Source: an uncultured Christensenellaceae bacterium (GTDB taxonomy: Bacteria > Bacillota > Clostridia > Christensenellales > UBA3700). Taken from it: 64,000 nt of DNA. Every line of letters starts with the position of its first letter. Position 1 is the first letter of the stretch. The position numbers were made by a program, and so were the translations under genes. Positions 55,101 through 64,000 of this stretch are shown here, one piece after another. The stretch covers positions 47,706 through 111,705 of the forward strand of contig CAJUMY010000004.1 in assembly GCA_910587685.1 (NCBI GenBank), in the 5' to 3' direction. A model generated the notes under the pieces. That model searched no databases and had not been told where the DNA came from. It saw only the letters and a list, made by a program, of their open reading frames with translations.

Positions 55101-56050
55101 AGAGCGTTGCTACCGATAAGTATACGCTCGCTATAGCAGGCGGCAATGCTATCGAGAACAACAAGCTCAGCATCAGCGTCAAAGCAGGCGATTGGGTCGA
55201 GAACGGCGATACGTTCAAGTATACCATCGAAGATAAGGTCGCTATACAGTCTATAAGCGGATTCGTTCCGTCCGGAACCTACTATATCGTAATGACTCCT
55301 ACAGTTAAAGACGGTATTGCTCAGACTAATATGTCGGCGCTCAACAAGACTCATAGCGGTCACGGTAATATCAACAGAGTAACGTTCCCGTCTTCGAAGA
55401 AATTTACTAAAGATACTACGTTCGACGGACTCTTTACGATGAATTACTATACGAGCGACACTGAGTCGATCTTACTCCAGTTCAAGTTTATGGACGGTAA
55501 GTATTACTTCGTAAACGACGATAAATCTATCAAGATAGAGGCAAAGTTAAACGTATATGATTATTATGACGCGACCTCGAAGATAGAGCTCGAGGCTAAC
55601 GGTACTCTTAAGGACGACTTCTACAAGAGCTTCTCTGCGAAGAATACGAGTTGCGACATCAATTTCGACGTAACCGCAACGGTAGGCGGAGTAGAGTGCA
55701 AGTATACTAAGCATTACGTGAGCGCTTACTTTACCGGTAGAATGAACGGAACTTCCAAGTACGGTCAGTCTATCTCGGCTACTCTCGCAGGTCCCGGCGT
55801 ATACGTTGTCAACAACGGAACGGTAACCGAGTATAAGCTCTCTTACGACGCTGCTAAAGGCAAGTTCGTATTCAAATCCGGAACTACTTCTTATGATGCG
55901 GATATTGAAGTTCTTACCGAGGGCGTAAGCGTTGCAAACGGCAAGTTCGTAGGCGCTAAAGTCGGTAGCACTGTAGAAGCTGAATGGAGCGTTACTATTG
56001 GCGACGAGAAGTTTACTAAGAGCTATAAGTATTCGAGCCTTAAGGCGTAA
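52112..56050 (+). CDS. very large lipoprotein (1312 aa), unknown function
   Basis: Lipobox LFAAC at aa 22-26 after a basic/hydrophobic signal. Strong AAAGGAGG RBS. The mature part is long, acidic and Asn/Lys/Thr-rich, with no motif I recognise. Confidence 0.7.
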   Translation: MKNKKLVRLLAVVLVLVMAISLFAACKPKPAGDKFIDFINAFEGAYDLNGATSIKLDIDADLKLEKEKKNFNLIAKGTIDFTTMNKDNNEFVFKLQDSSASAVKDILNIYYQDNKMYLKSEDNVFAIRNASMLALMGLITGKTPSAAASGQALDESTSDIVKMIGDMLFDTKDIKSKKKNKVWTLNIDTVKVWNNLMNGDFGVLIKGVLDSLNLNIAGEVINTENLTKLINENPMTIKIDIDLRTKNAPTIFIEANNEKLGKINVNLNKMVVDKGSIALDASDKLDKANIDKAKVINLANVDLNGTFGLYKDVVAEDGTTVTGIKKYMTYNWSIEANIDPFAIIKAGQEYQRDPNKNAYKFWESEQLKGSKLYIQVYHKHSESECGDFCVSKRDKDITNIIDIAFDPANFGNGNIYVNINTDAVISDSALNSILNMFNITTLAAGFIKSALSENELLVIDPSVIAEPYSTNYDSALNLPAVPGADTPAAQADINIDSILAIVTEVIPFLTDGLKMNENANALIDVNASMSDLYNMLEAVGLGDVVANAGISFDQVKDIVDLLLSAGGDKLSEINITIDKLQFGNTELDNLNAYDKMFKDPVTGEDRVWASNKKPLDPFRLDEIKWNDNITDAYAPGDNFSIYEMPRIIGKKIGYQYYTVGEDELVKESKSVAQIVGWKGLDEDLFGVEQNITLVVTPIDGSGLLGNVIDLLTMSLVTSMAGMEVKLPLPCYEVPFKITLTNVKDINIVANAVPEDVYYIQTNSTEVTNITKAEATITYSNNETKTIDIEADTNLYKEGAKYYMTSVGDYYVEFSLGGRSLKYDFVMATPDEIEMHNFGTKENPIKVGLGQKTSVYTKVIYNGKTDNMTLPSFNGGKLTVTYYERNAAGEIVKDGETPKIAKQYDVYTESYFFDSAIAKVVGDDEDGNKVFNKKGKANYTATWRGIKLDRAYIEVVDGYEMPYVHAEIDRNGVITLTSTAKKDYTVDYTLSLVNSALESVATDKYTLAIAGGNAIENNKLSISVKAGDWVENGDTFKYTIEDKVAIQSISGFVPSGTYYIVMTPTVKDGIAQTNMSALNKTHSGHGNINRVTFPSSKKFTKDTTFDGLFTMNYYTSDTESILLQFKFMDGKYYFVNDDKSIKIEAKLNVYDYYDATSKIELEANGTLKDDFYKSFSAKNTSCDINFDVTATVGGVECKYTKHYVSAYFTGRMNGTSKYGQSISATLAGPGVYVVNNGTVTEYKLSYDAAKGKFVFKSGTTSYDADIEVLTEGVSVANGKFVGAKVGSTVEAEWSVTIGDEKFTKSYKYSSLKA

Positions 56051-56365
56051 TAGTAAAATCATAAATTACTAAAATCAATATGTTTCGAAACAAAGCGCGT
56101 CGATAAATTCGGCGCGGTTCTTTTTATTAGAGCAATGCGTAAGCGAGGTTTTGAAAAGCCCTATAGAAAACCAAGACGCGATGAGATATTCGGGTCGAGG
56201 CAAGAGAATGACAACAAAACTGCGATCGTTTGATTTAGTTTAAGACGCCGATTGCGGCGGTATAATAATAAAGTAATAGAATAAGGATGTAAAAAGGCGT
56301 ATTCCTTGCGGATACGCCTTAGTTTATATCGTATTTACATATACGGTAGTTTTAATATATACGAT

Positions 56366-56803
56366 TTATGATTTCGTAAGGATCAGAGTTATTTTCGAGC
56401 TGTTGCTTTCGACGGTCATAGTTATTTCGTTACCCGATATATCGCCGCTGTCCGTCGTCTTGACGAATCCGAGGAAGCGGGAGCTTTCAAAATATACTTT
56501 TCCGTTTTCGACGTACCATACGCCTTTTTGCTCAGTCTTTTTCTTTTTGAATTTGTTCGCTATAACGTAATACCCGTCGCTTTTGAGTTCGATATAGTTG
56601 TATTCGTAACTGTCGGCGGTGATTCCGTTCACCCCTGTTATTTCGCTGAGGTCATATCGTCCGAAATATTCTTTGGGAAGATTTTCATGCGGTTTCGGCT
56701 TGTTGAATACTCCAAGGAGAATGACTCCTATTATTACAAGTACGAGCAAAACAGCGGCGATTATCTTTATCGCAAGGTTGCTCTTTTCTTCGATTTCTAC
56801 CAT
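56366..56803 (-). CDS. membrane-anchored hypothetical protein (145 aa)
   Basis: N-terminal TM helix IIAAVLLVLVIIGVILLGVF followed by a small beta-rich domain. A stem-loop at 56293..56322 lies downstream. Confidence 0.5.
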   Translation of the reverse strand: MVEIEEKSNLAIKIIAAVLLVLVIIGVILLGVFNKPKPHENLPKEYFGRYDLSEITGVNGITADSYEYNYIELKSDGYYVIANKFKKKKTEQKGVWYVENGKVYFESSRFLGFVKTTDSGDISGNEITMTVESNSSKITLILTKS

Positions 56804-56815
56804 TATGGTCTCCTT

Positions 56816-57343
56816 TTAGTTTCGGTATACGGAATTTCCCTTCGAGTCGATGGCAACGACGACGGGAAAGTCCTCGACGGTCAGCTCTCTCGTAGCTTCG
56901 GCGAGCAGGTCGTCAAAGCACACCGTTTTGACCTCTTTGACGGTGTTCTTGTACAGCGCGCCCGCGCCTCCGATCGCCGCGAAGTACACGCTCTTATTTC
57001 TGACTATAGCTTCATAGTTTTCGTCGTTTCTGTCGCCTTTGCCTATTGTCGCGAGTAGTCCCGTATCGAGAAGATACGGGGTGTATTTATCCATTCTCGT
57101 TGTCGTGGTAGGTCCGCACGAACCTATGACTTCGCCTTTTCTGTTCGGGCAAGGTCCCATATAATATATTATTCTTCCGTTATAGTCGAACGGCATCTCT
57201 CCTCTTTTGATATATTCGAAGAGTCTCTTATGTCCGGCGTCTCTCATGACGAGTATTTTTCCCGTGATATATACTATATCGCCGGCGTTTAGCGTAGAAA
57301 GTTCGTCTTTGCCGAAAGGCATAGCGAGTTTTATAACGTTCAT
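56816..57343 (-). CDS. class I fumarate hydratase / Fe-S hydro-lyase, beta subunit
   Basis: Starts at MNVIKLAMPF (ATGA overlap with the alpha subunit). Motifs YITGKILVMRDAGHKRL, YYMGPCP, GPTTTTRMD, IGKG. Confidence 0.85.
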   Translation of the reverse strand: MNVIKLAMPFGKDELSTLNAGDIVYITGKILVMRDAGHKRLFEYIKRGEMPFDYNGRIIYYMGPCPNRKGEVIGSCGPTTTTRMDKYTPYLLDTGLLATIGKGDRNDENYEAIVRNKSVYFAAIGGAGALYKNTVKEVKTVCFDDLLAEATRELTVEDFPVVVAIDSKGNSVYRN

Positions 57344-58188
57344 ATTTCCTCGCCCTCCAGTATTATTTCTTTTGTTCTTGCGGCGTGACAGCATACGTTG
57401 ACGGCTACGGGAAGCGAAGAGATATGCGTCGGATATTTTTCTATGAATACCGCAAGGCACGTCGTGTTGCCCTTGAATCCCTGCGCGCCGATGCCGAGAG
57501 CGTTGATCCTTTTAAGAAGCTCTTTTTCGAGTCCGTCTAGTTCTTCGTCGTCGTTTTCCGAGCCTATTTTTCTTAGAAGAGCGTGCTTTGAAAGTATTGC
57601 CGACTTTTCGAAAGTGCCGCCGAGACCCACGCCTATTATCACGGGAGGGCAGGGATTCGAACCGCTTTTCCTTACTGTGTCTACGATAAGTTCGAGAGCG
57701 GTATCGAGTCCTTGCGCGGGATTGAGCATATACAGCTTTGACATATTCTCCGAGCCGAAACCTTTTAGTATGACGCCCAGCTTTACTTTATCTCCTTTAA
57801 CTATCGAGGTGTGGATAACGGCGGGCGTATTATCCTTCGTGTTGATTCTAGTCACGGGATCGAGCACCGATTTTCTTAGATAGACGTAGCCTTCTCTTAC
57901 TCCTTCGTTTATCGCGTCGTCTAAAAGGTCGCCCGTCAAGACGACTTCCTGTCCTATTTCCGCAAAGACTATACACATTCCCGTGTCCTGACATACGGGG
58001 GAAGAAGTCTTGCTTGCGAGAGCGATATTCTCGTTCATAAGTTTTAACGCGTACGACGCGAGCGGATTGGTTTCGTTCGCTTCGGCTCTTTTCATTGCTT
58101 CGACGCACGAGCTTTCAACGTGAACGCTTATATCGAGCACCGCGTCTCTTACCGCGTCTCTTATTTTAGAAGTATCGAGTTTTTTCAT
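57340..58188 (-). CDS. class I fumarate hydratase / Fe-S hydro-lyase, alpha subunit
   Basis: 282 aa with PVCQDTGM and the CCHA cluster-binding region. Confidence 0.85.
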   Translation of the reverse strand: MKKLDTSKIRDAVRDAVLDISVHVESSCVEAMKRAEANETNPLASYALKLMNENIALASKTSSPVCQDTGMCIVFAEIGQEVVLTGDLLDDAINEGVREGYVYLRKSVLDPVTRINTKDNTPAVIHTSIVKGDKVKLGVILKGFGSENMSKLYMLNPAQGLDTALELIVDTVRKSGSNPCPPVIIGVGLGGTFEKSAILSKHALLRKIGSENDDEELDGLEKELLKRINALGIGAQGFKGNTTCLAVFIEKYPTHISSLPVAVNVCCHAARTKEIILEGEEI

Positions 58189-58509
58189 TAGCGACCTCTT
58201 TTTTTATTTTATATATCGTTACGTTTTATTTTAACATAATTTACGGGTACACTCAAGCGTATTGAGAGATAAAGGGGAGGAAGAAATTCTTGGAAGATGC
58301 GGCGAGCGTTTTGGGTGAAATTCGCGGCGTATCGGGCAATATAAATCAATATAGTTGTCTCTTTATCGAAAATATGATAAAATAATAAAATACAAAAAAT
58401 CTTTTTTACGGTTTTTTGCGGCGTACGCTTTGAGTTTTGCGACTGCGTATTCGGCGAGATACGCCGATGCGGTACGAAGAGACTTCGAGCGTAAAGGAGG
58501 TTGCTCGTT

Positions 58510-59298
58510 ATGGAACTGTGCGCTCTCTCGAGCGGAAGCCGAGGCAATGCGACATTGATAAAAGACGGCGAAGACGCGCTCATTATCGACAACGGGCTTT
58601 CGGTCAATACGCTCGTCGAGAGGATGGAAGAGAGAGATCTGACGCCGAGCTCGGTCAAGGCTATACTCGTAACGCACGAGCACACCGATCATATAAAGGG
58701 CATTTTCGGCTTTGCAAGGAGATTCAATACTCCGATATTCATTAGCGAATACATCGGCGCCGGCATAACGGAAAGGGCGGAGTGCGCGGGTCTTGACGTA
58801 AGGACGATAAACGAGGCGGGATTTTCATTCGCGGGATTCGATATTGAGCCGTTCAGAGTTCCGCACGACGCTCTTTATACCGTGGGATATCGAATATCCA
58901 AAGGAAGAGAAAGCGTCGGTGTCGCAACTGACGTTGGCGTGATGACGGACAATATAGTGAAACATCTTTCGTCTTGCGATTTGGTGATGCTCGAGTCCAA
59001 TCACGATACGGATATGCTGATGCAAGGACGTTATCCTTATATGCTTAAGATGCGGATACGGTCGGATAAAGGACATCTTTCGAACGGAGAGTGCGCGGAT
59101 ACGCTTTTGAAACTAAGGGAAAGCGGCGTGAGGAAATTTATGCTCGCGCACTTATCCGAGGACAATAACAGCCCCGAGGTCGCTTTCGATGCCGTAAAGA
59201 GCGTATTCGACAAAGAAAAGCTCATAGAAGGCAGAGATTACATAACGCACGTCGCGTCTCAGCACACGGCGAGCAAAATAATATCCTGTAAGGGATGA
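58510..59298 (+). CDS. MBL-fold metallo-hydrolase (YycJ-like)
   Basis: MELCALSSGSRGNATLI...ILVTHEHTDHIKG motif. AAGGAGG RBS upstream of the ATG at 58510. Confidence 0.8.
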   Translation: MELCALSSGSRGNATLIKDGEDALIIDNGLSVNTLVERMEERDLTPSSVKAILVTHEHTDHIKGIFGFARRFNTPIFISEYIGAGITERAECAGLDVRTINEAGFSFAGFDIEPFRVPHDALYTVGYRISKGRESVGVATDVGVMTDNIVKHLSSCDLVMLESNHDTDMLMQGRYPYMLKMRIRSDKGHLSNGECADTLLKLRESGVRKFMLAHLSEDNNSPEVAFDAVKSVFDKEKLIEGRDYITHVASQHTASKIISCKG

Positions 59299-59487
59299 CC
59301 GCGTATAACGAATAGTGTGCATTTTGTGCGGGAATACCTCGGAAATATCGCCATATTATGAAAAAGTATAATATATGTATATATGATTTTGATATTATGC
59401 TCATATGACAGAGTCAATATCGAAGACGGCTGTTCATATGCCGCTATGCAGTAATTTAATAAGATCATTATTATCACGGAGAGAGAT

Positions 59488-60747
59488 ATGAAGAATAAGG
59501 AAAAGAAATTTTATCCGCCGAGAGGACTGAGACCGTTTGATAGCGGAGGCGTCTATCTCATGTCGATGGTCACGCTGTATATAGTCGAGGCATTTATGAT
59601 AATAATACTCGGCTTTTTCAAAAACGACGGGATAAACGTTGAGGAGAGCAAAGCGGTCGCGTACGTTACCATGCTCATAAATCAGCTCGCATTCGGATTG
59701 ACGCCTTTTATTTATACGCAGTTTAACGGTTTGAAGTTCACGAGGGAAATAAACTTTAAGAAGGGAATATCTCCGCTTCAAGCGTTCATTCTCGTTGTTA
59801 TGGCGCTCATGTCGATAGTCGCGTTCATGCCTGTCACTCAACTATTTATAATGTTGGTCACAAAGCTCGGATACAAATTCGAAATCGCAGTGCCGAACTA
59901 CACAAATACGTTCGGAATATTCGTAGTATCGGTGATATTCACCGCTCTTCTGCCCGCGATAGGAGAGGAGATACTCATGCGCGGCTTTGTCGCTAAGGGG
60001 CTGAGACGTTACGGAATACTTGCCGCGATGCTTATATCTTCGCTGATATTCGCCACCGCGCACGGCAATCTATTGCAACTCGTATATCAGTTCTTCCTCG
60101 GAGCAGTATTATTCACGGTATATTTTGCGACGAAGTCGATATACGCGTCCATGATAATACACTTTACCAACAATGCTACGGCGTTACTTATCGACTTTAT
60201 TTTATACAAGACGACGGGCAGTACCAATATAGAGATCCCGCTGAGTACGGGAATGACGGTGCTCGTGTTCATTGCGGTAAGCGCAGTCGGATGCGTATTA
60301 TTAACGCTCTTGATGCGGCTCTTTTTGAAGACTGCTAAGAGAAGACAGGACGATTACGTTGGCGGCAGAGAGATAGATTTCGGCGGTTCGCTTTTATACG
60401 CTCACGACGACGGCTCGAGAAAACGCGTATTTGTTTCGAAAAAATCGGGAGAAGCCAACGTCGTTAAAAGAAAAAGAGAAAAAGCAGATAATTTCATTAC
60501 GAAATATCTTGATTATTTAAGGTACTTGAACTATTCGTTCGAAGAAGAGGAATTGGAGAGAGCGAAGAAAGAGCTCGAGGAAAAGGACGTCAACGAAGCA
60601 GAGAACGAAAGAGACAAGGAGTACTACGGCGAACTTCTAAGGTCAAGGCGTGACAAGGAGATACGTTGGGATAGGAATCTCGTCATAATGGCGGTAGTCT
60701 TCAATCTGTTCTTGCTCGTTATCAACGCAATCGGCGCTTTCTCATGA
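59488..60747 (+). CDS. CPBP-family intramembrane glutamic endopeptidase (CAAX protease-like) with extended charged C-terminus
   Basis: Motifs GEEILMRGF, FATAHG and HFTNN within multiple TM helices. Has a ~120-aa Glu/Lys-rich tail and a final TM. Confidence 0.8.
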   Translation: MKNKEKKFYPPRGLRPFDSGGVYLMSMVTLYIVEAFMIIILGFFKNDGINVEESKAVAYVTMLINQLAFGLTPFIYTQFNGLKFTREINFKKGISPLQAFILVVMALMSIVAFMPVTQLFIMLVTKLGYKFEIAVPNYTNTFGIFVVSVIFTALLPAIGEEILMRGFVAKGLRRYGILAAMLISSLIFATAHGNLLQLVYQFFLGAVLFTVYFATKSIYASMIIHFTNNATALLIDFILYKTTGSTNIEIPLSTGMTVLVFIAVSAVGCVLLTLLMRLFLKTAKRRQDDYVGGREIDFGGSLLYAHDDGSRKRVFVSKKSGEANVVKRKREKADNFITKYLDYLRYLNYSFEEEELERAKKELEEKDVNEAENERDKEYYGELLRSRRDKEIRWDRNLVIMAVVFNLFLLVINAIGAFS

Positions 60748-60893
60748 TCTAAAGAAGCATCGCTAATCGAATTTTATTAAATTCGGGTCGATAATAAAAA
60801 GTATGATTTCGAGATAGGTTTGAGCCGGACGGGATACGTTAACGGCAAAAGCTCTTGAAAGAACGCGATCAATAGCTCTTAGGAAATATAGTT

Positions 60894-61358
60894 ATGATGA
60901 GTATCAATATTCTTGCCGTCGGGAAGATAAAAGAAAAGTTTTTTTCAGACGCTATAGCGGAGTATGCGAAAAGGCTCGCCCGTTTTGCAAAGTTTTCCAT
61001 AACCGAGATCGACGAGGAACTGCTCACTAAAGACGGTAATGACAGAGTAAGGAAAAGAGAGGGCGAACGGATAATTGCGAAGGCCAAAGGGCACGTCGCG
61101 CTTCTAGATATTTCGGGGAAGATAATATCGAGCGAAGAACTCGCGGATAACATCAAAACACTGGCGCTCGCGGGAAAGAGCGAGATAACGTTCGTGATCG
61201 GCGGCTCTTACGGCGTGTCTGACGACGTTAGAAAATTTGCCGACGAAAGAATATCTTTCGGGCGTATCACCTATCCGCATCAGTTGATGAGAGTTATTCT
61301 TACGGAACAGATATATCGCGCGTTTATGATCAACAGCGGAAGCGAATATCATAAATGA
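60894..61358 (+). CDS. rlmH: 23S rRNA (pseudouridine1915-N3)-methyltransferase
   Basis: SPOUT family: INILAVGKIKEKF...EYAKRL...TFVIGGSYG...ISFGRITYPHQLMRVIL. Confidence 0.9.
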   Translation: MMSINILAVGKIKEKFFSDAIAEYAKRLARFAKFSITEIDEELLTKDGNDRVRKREGERIIAKAKGHVALLDISGKIISSEELADNIKTLALAGKSEITFVIGGSYGVSDDVRKFADERISFGRITYPHQLMRVILTEQIYRAFMINSGSEYHK

Positions 61359-61553
61359 ACGCGGCTTCGATCGTCGGTTCATGAGACGTTGAAGGCAGTT
61401 TCGCGTATTGTCTAAGCGGAACGCGTACGCGGTCTCATGGCATGAACGATATATGAGAATATCAGACGCTTTATAGGAAAAGCTATATAAATTCGGCTGA
61501 TATAGTATCAAAGAGGACAAATTTGGCATATTCTTTTATGAAGAGGAGAGGAT

Positions 61554-62384
61554 ATGTACGGACTTTTGGAATACGAGAGGGACCTTAATGAGTTGAGAGC
61601 GCAAGGCGCAAGAGTATTTTCGATAGGAAAGACCGAGCTCGGAAGGGATATATACGCTGTGCAAAAGGGCAGCGTTGAAGGCGGACAGGTGCTCGTGCAG
61701 GCGAGCATGCACGCAAGAGAGTATCTTACGACTCCGCTGGTCATGACGCTCATGAAGGAATACTCCGGTAGCGGCGGGATATGGGCGGTGCCGATGGTGA
61801 ATATCGACGGCGTATTGCTGACGCAGGAAGGATTGTCAAGCGTGAGCGACGTCGGACGCAGGGCATTTTTACTCGAGGTGAACGGCGGAAACTATAATTT
61901 TTCGCTGTGGAAAGCAAACGCCAACGCAGTAGATCTCAACGTCAATTACAACGCTGATTGGTCCTACGGCGCCCAGAACGTCACGTATCCGTCGCCTGCA
62001 AATTACATAGGTCGGTATCCTATGTCTCAGAGCGAGAACGTAGCGCTCGCAAGGTTTACTCTGAGAGTTCAGCCGCGCGTTACGCTCAGCTATCATACGA
62101 AAGGAAACGTTATATATTGGGGATACAAATGCAATAACAGTTATCAGGACGAGATAATGCGTATTTCCGAGCTTACAGGCTATGAGATGCTTAGAAGCGA
62201 CGACAGCGCGGGCGGATATAAGGACTGGTTTTTAGCTACTACGCCGTATCTCGGAATTACGCTCGAGTGCGGAAATCCGCTTTTGAATTATCCGTTGCCT
62301 GCAAGCGAGCTTCCCAATATGATCGAGAGAAACAGAGGGATATTAGAGCTTTCGTCCGAGATAGCTAACGAAATAAATCCTTGA
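61554..62384 (+). CDS. M14-family zinc carboxypeptidase (gamma-D-glutamyl-diamino acid peptidase-like)
   Basis: HAREYLTT zinc-binding motif and M14 spacing. 276 aa. Confidence 0.7.
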   Translation: MYGLLEYERDLNELRAQGARVFSIGKTELGRDIYAVQKGSVEGGQVLVQASMHAREYLTTPLVMTLMKEYSGSGGIWAVPMVNIDGVLLTQEGLSSVSDVGRRAFLLEVNGGNYNFSLWKANANAVDLNVNYNADWSYGAQNVTYPSPANYIGRYPMSQSENVALARFTLRVQPRVTLSYHTKGNVIYWGYKCNNSYQDEIMRISELTGYEMLRSDDSAGGYKDWFLATTPYLGITLECGNPLLNYPLPASELPNMIERNRGILELSSEIANEINP

Positions 62385-62474
62385 GTTTAGATCCGCTATC
62401 ATACGCAAAAGGAAATTTGATATAAAAACTCGCAATAAAATATAACTTTAAGATATACATTTGTACGGAGAAGT

Positions 62475-62972
62475 ATGGAAGAGAAATTCATGTATCTTGC
62501 GATAGAAGAGGCTAAGAAGGGCGCCGAGTACGACGAAGTGCCCGTCGGCGCTGTCATAACGCTCGGCGGAGAGGTCATAGCCAAGGCGCACAATGAGAAA
62601 GAGGAGAGGAACTGCAGCGTCTACCACGCGGAGATAGTCGCGATAGAGAGAGCGGCAAAATTCCTTGACAACTGGTATCTTGACGGCGCGGATATATACG
62701 TGACTCTTGAGCCGTGCGCGATGTGCGCGGGAGCTATCATCAACAGCAGGATAAATAATATATATTTCGGAGCGTACGATATGAAAGCGGGATGTTGCGG
62801 CAGTCTTTACGATCTCCCTTCGGACAAGCGTTTTAATCATAGACCTAGCGTTACGGGCGGAATACTCGAAGAAGAATGCGCCTCTCTTTTGAGCGGCTAT
62901 TTCAAAGAAAAACGCGAAAAGAAAAGAGCTGAAAAGGAAAAAAAAGAGCAGGGAAACGGCGGCTCGATTTAG
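62475..62972 (+). CDS. tadA: tRNA adenosine(34) deaminase
   Basis: CDA motifs HAEIVAI and TLEPCAMCAGA. Has a Lys/Glu-rich C-terminal tail. Confidence 0.9.
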   Translation: MEEKFMYLAIEEAKKGAEYDEVPVGAVITLGGEVIAKAHNEKEERNCSVYHAEIVAIERAAKFLDNWYLDGADIYVTLEPCAMCAGAIINSRINNIYFGAYDMKAGCCGSLYDLPSDKRFNHRPSVTGGILEEECASLLSGYFKEKREKKRAEKEKKEQGNGGSI

Positions 62973-63101
62973 AAAAACGGCGTATCGAAAACCGTTTTTG
63001 CACTATCGAAACAAAGTTATCGCGTGTTGTTACGACCGCGTTATTTAGAGATAAAATATAAAAATGATAATACATATATAATAGTTTTTTGGAGATATGA
63101 T

Positions 63102-63665
63102 ATGATAATACTGGGACTTGGGAACATAGGCCGCGAATACGAAAGAACAAGACATAACGTCGGCTTTATGTGTATTGATATGTTAGCGGACAAGCTCGGC
63201 GTAAAATTCAAGGATAAAGAGTGCAAGTCGTTAACGGCGAGCGTCTTTAAGAAGGGAGAGAGGATAGTCCTTGCAAAACCCGAAACCTATATGAATCTTT
63301 CGGGCGAAGCGCTTGCGGAGCTCGTAGGGCGCTACAAAGAGGATATTTCGAACGTCATAGTCATATACGACGATATAGATCTCGACGAAGGCGCGATAAG
63401 AGTTCGAAAGGACGGCTCGGCGGGCACGCATAACGGTATGCGCAATATAGTCGAGAAGATGAAGAGCAAGGATATCAAGAGAATAAGAGTGGGAATAGGA
63501 CGCCCGAGCGGCGGTATGGATCTCGCGTCGTACGTTCTCGGTAGATTTTCAAAGGAATCGGCGCTGCTTCTTGACGAGAGATTCGACAGAATTACGAACG
63601 CTCTTATAAAGTACATCTCGGACGGCGATTTCGAGGATATGCAGCGTTCGCTCGGTTCGAAGTAA
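63102..63665 (+). CDS. pth: peptidyl-tRNA hydrolase
   Basis: MIILGLGNIGREYERTRHNVGF. GGAGA RBS before the ATG at 63102. The longer ORF-track start at 63024 is rejected. Confidence 0.9.
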   Translation: MIILGLGNIGREYERTRHNVGFMCIDMLADKLGVKFKDKECKSLTASVFKKGERIVLAKPETYMNLSGEALAELVGRYKEDISNVIVIYDDIDLDEGAIRVRKDGSAGTHNGMRNIVEKMKSKDIKRIRVGIGRPSGGMDLASYVLGRFSKESALLLDERFDRITNALIKYISDGDFEDMQRSLGSK

Positions 63666-63823
63666 CAGGGCTTTTCTCGGCAGGCGGCGCCGATCTTTCG
63701 GTTGCGGCAGCGCGCGATGATTTTTTGACGGCTTTTTAAGTGAAACGATTTTTTCGATTTTGAAAATACCGTTTTGCAGGCGGTAGCGTTTATTATATCA
63801 AAAGACATTCGGAGGTGAAAGAT

Positions 63824-64000
63824 ATGTTTGACGGAATACTCGATCTGAAGAGGCTCGGCGGAGAATTCGCAGAGCTTTATAACGCCGTTCAAGACGGAAA
63901 GAACGTTTACGCCATGAATCTCGACAGGGGAAGTAAAATGCACGTAGCGGCTTCGCTTGATAGGTTCGTCGTCTACGTGACCGGCGACAGAGTGTCGGCT
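63824..64000 (+). CDS. mfd: transcription-repair coupling factor, N-terminal fragment (runs off the window)
   Basis: GGAGGTGA RBS and an ATG at 63824. The ORF stays open to the window end, and pth-mfd synteny is conserved in Firmicutes. The sequence is too short for motif confirmation. Confidence 0.55.
   Translation, partial: MFDGILDLKRLGGEFAELYNAVQDGKNVYAMNLDRGSKMHVAASLDRFVVYVTGDRVSA

Overview
This window looks like chromosomal DNA from an endospore-forming, Clostridia-like Firmicute (gerA operon, yabP/yabQ, secG-rnr-smpB, pth-mfd).

Core content:
- tmRNA (449..798).
- A preQ1-riboswitch-controlled queD-queE-folE-queC-queF operon (3.1-6.1 kb).
- tRNA-Arg, tRNA-fMet and tRNA-Met.
- A six-gene polyamine operon (38.7-45.2 kb) behind a long terminator-containing leader.
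- metY/metA, a 1312-aa lipoprotein, two-subunit class I fumarate hydratase, rlmH, tadA.

Between the queF terminator (~6.1 kb) and tRNA-Arg (28.17 kb) lies a ~22 kb accessory region:
1. A large serine recombinase gene is split by a ~6.7 kb Tn4451-like mobilisable element (6907..13599). That element carries its own serine recombinase, a MobV relaxase with oriT, and a MerR + ABC transporter cargo.
2. The interrupted outer element has an XRE-orphan-recombinase operon and a second, inverted MobV/oriT module.
3. An IS30 copy follows, with an in-frame stop in its transposase.
4. An AT-rich seven-gene operon (19.3-27.9 kb) encodes a small membrane protein, a 1056-aa NACHT/STAND NTPase with FGE-sulfatase-like and FKBP-like C-terminal domains, and five nucleotide-sugar tailoring enzymes, with no glycosyltransferase or exporter nearby.

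The seven-gene operon is my best candidate for an undescribed defence/conflict system. All calls rest on reading the sequence and ORF translations by eye. No database search or computation was run.
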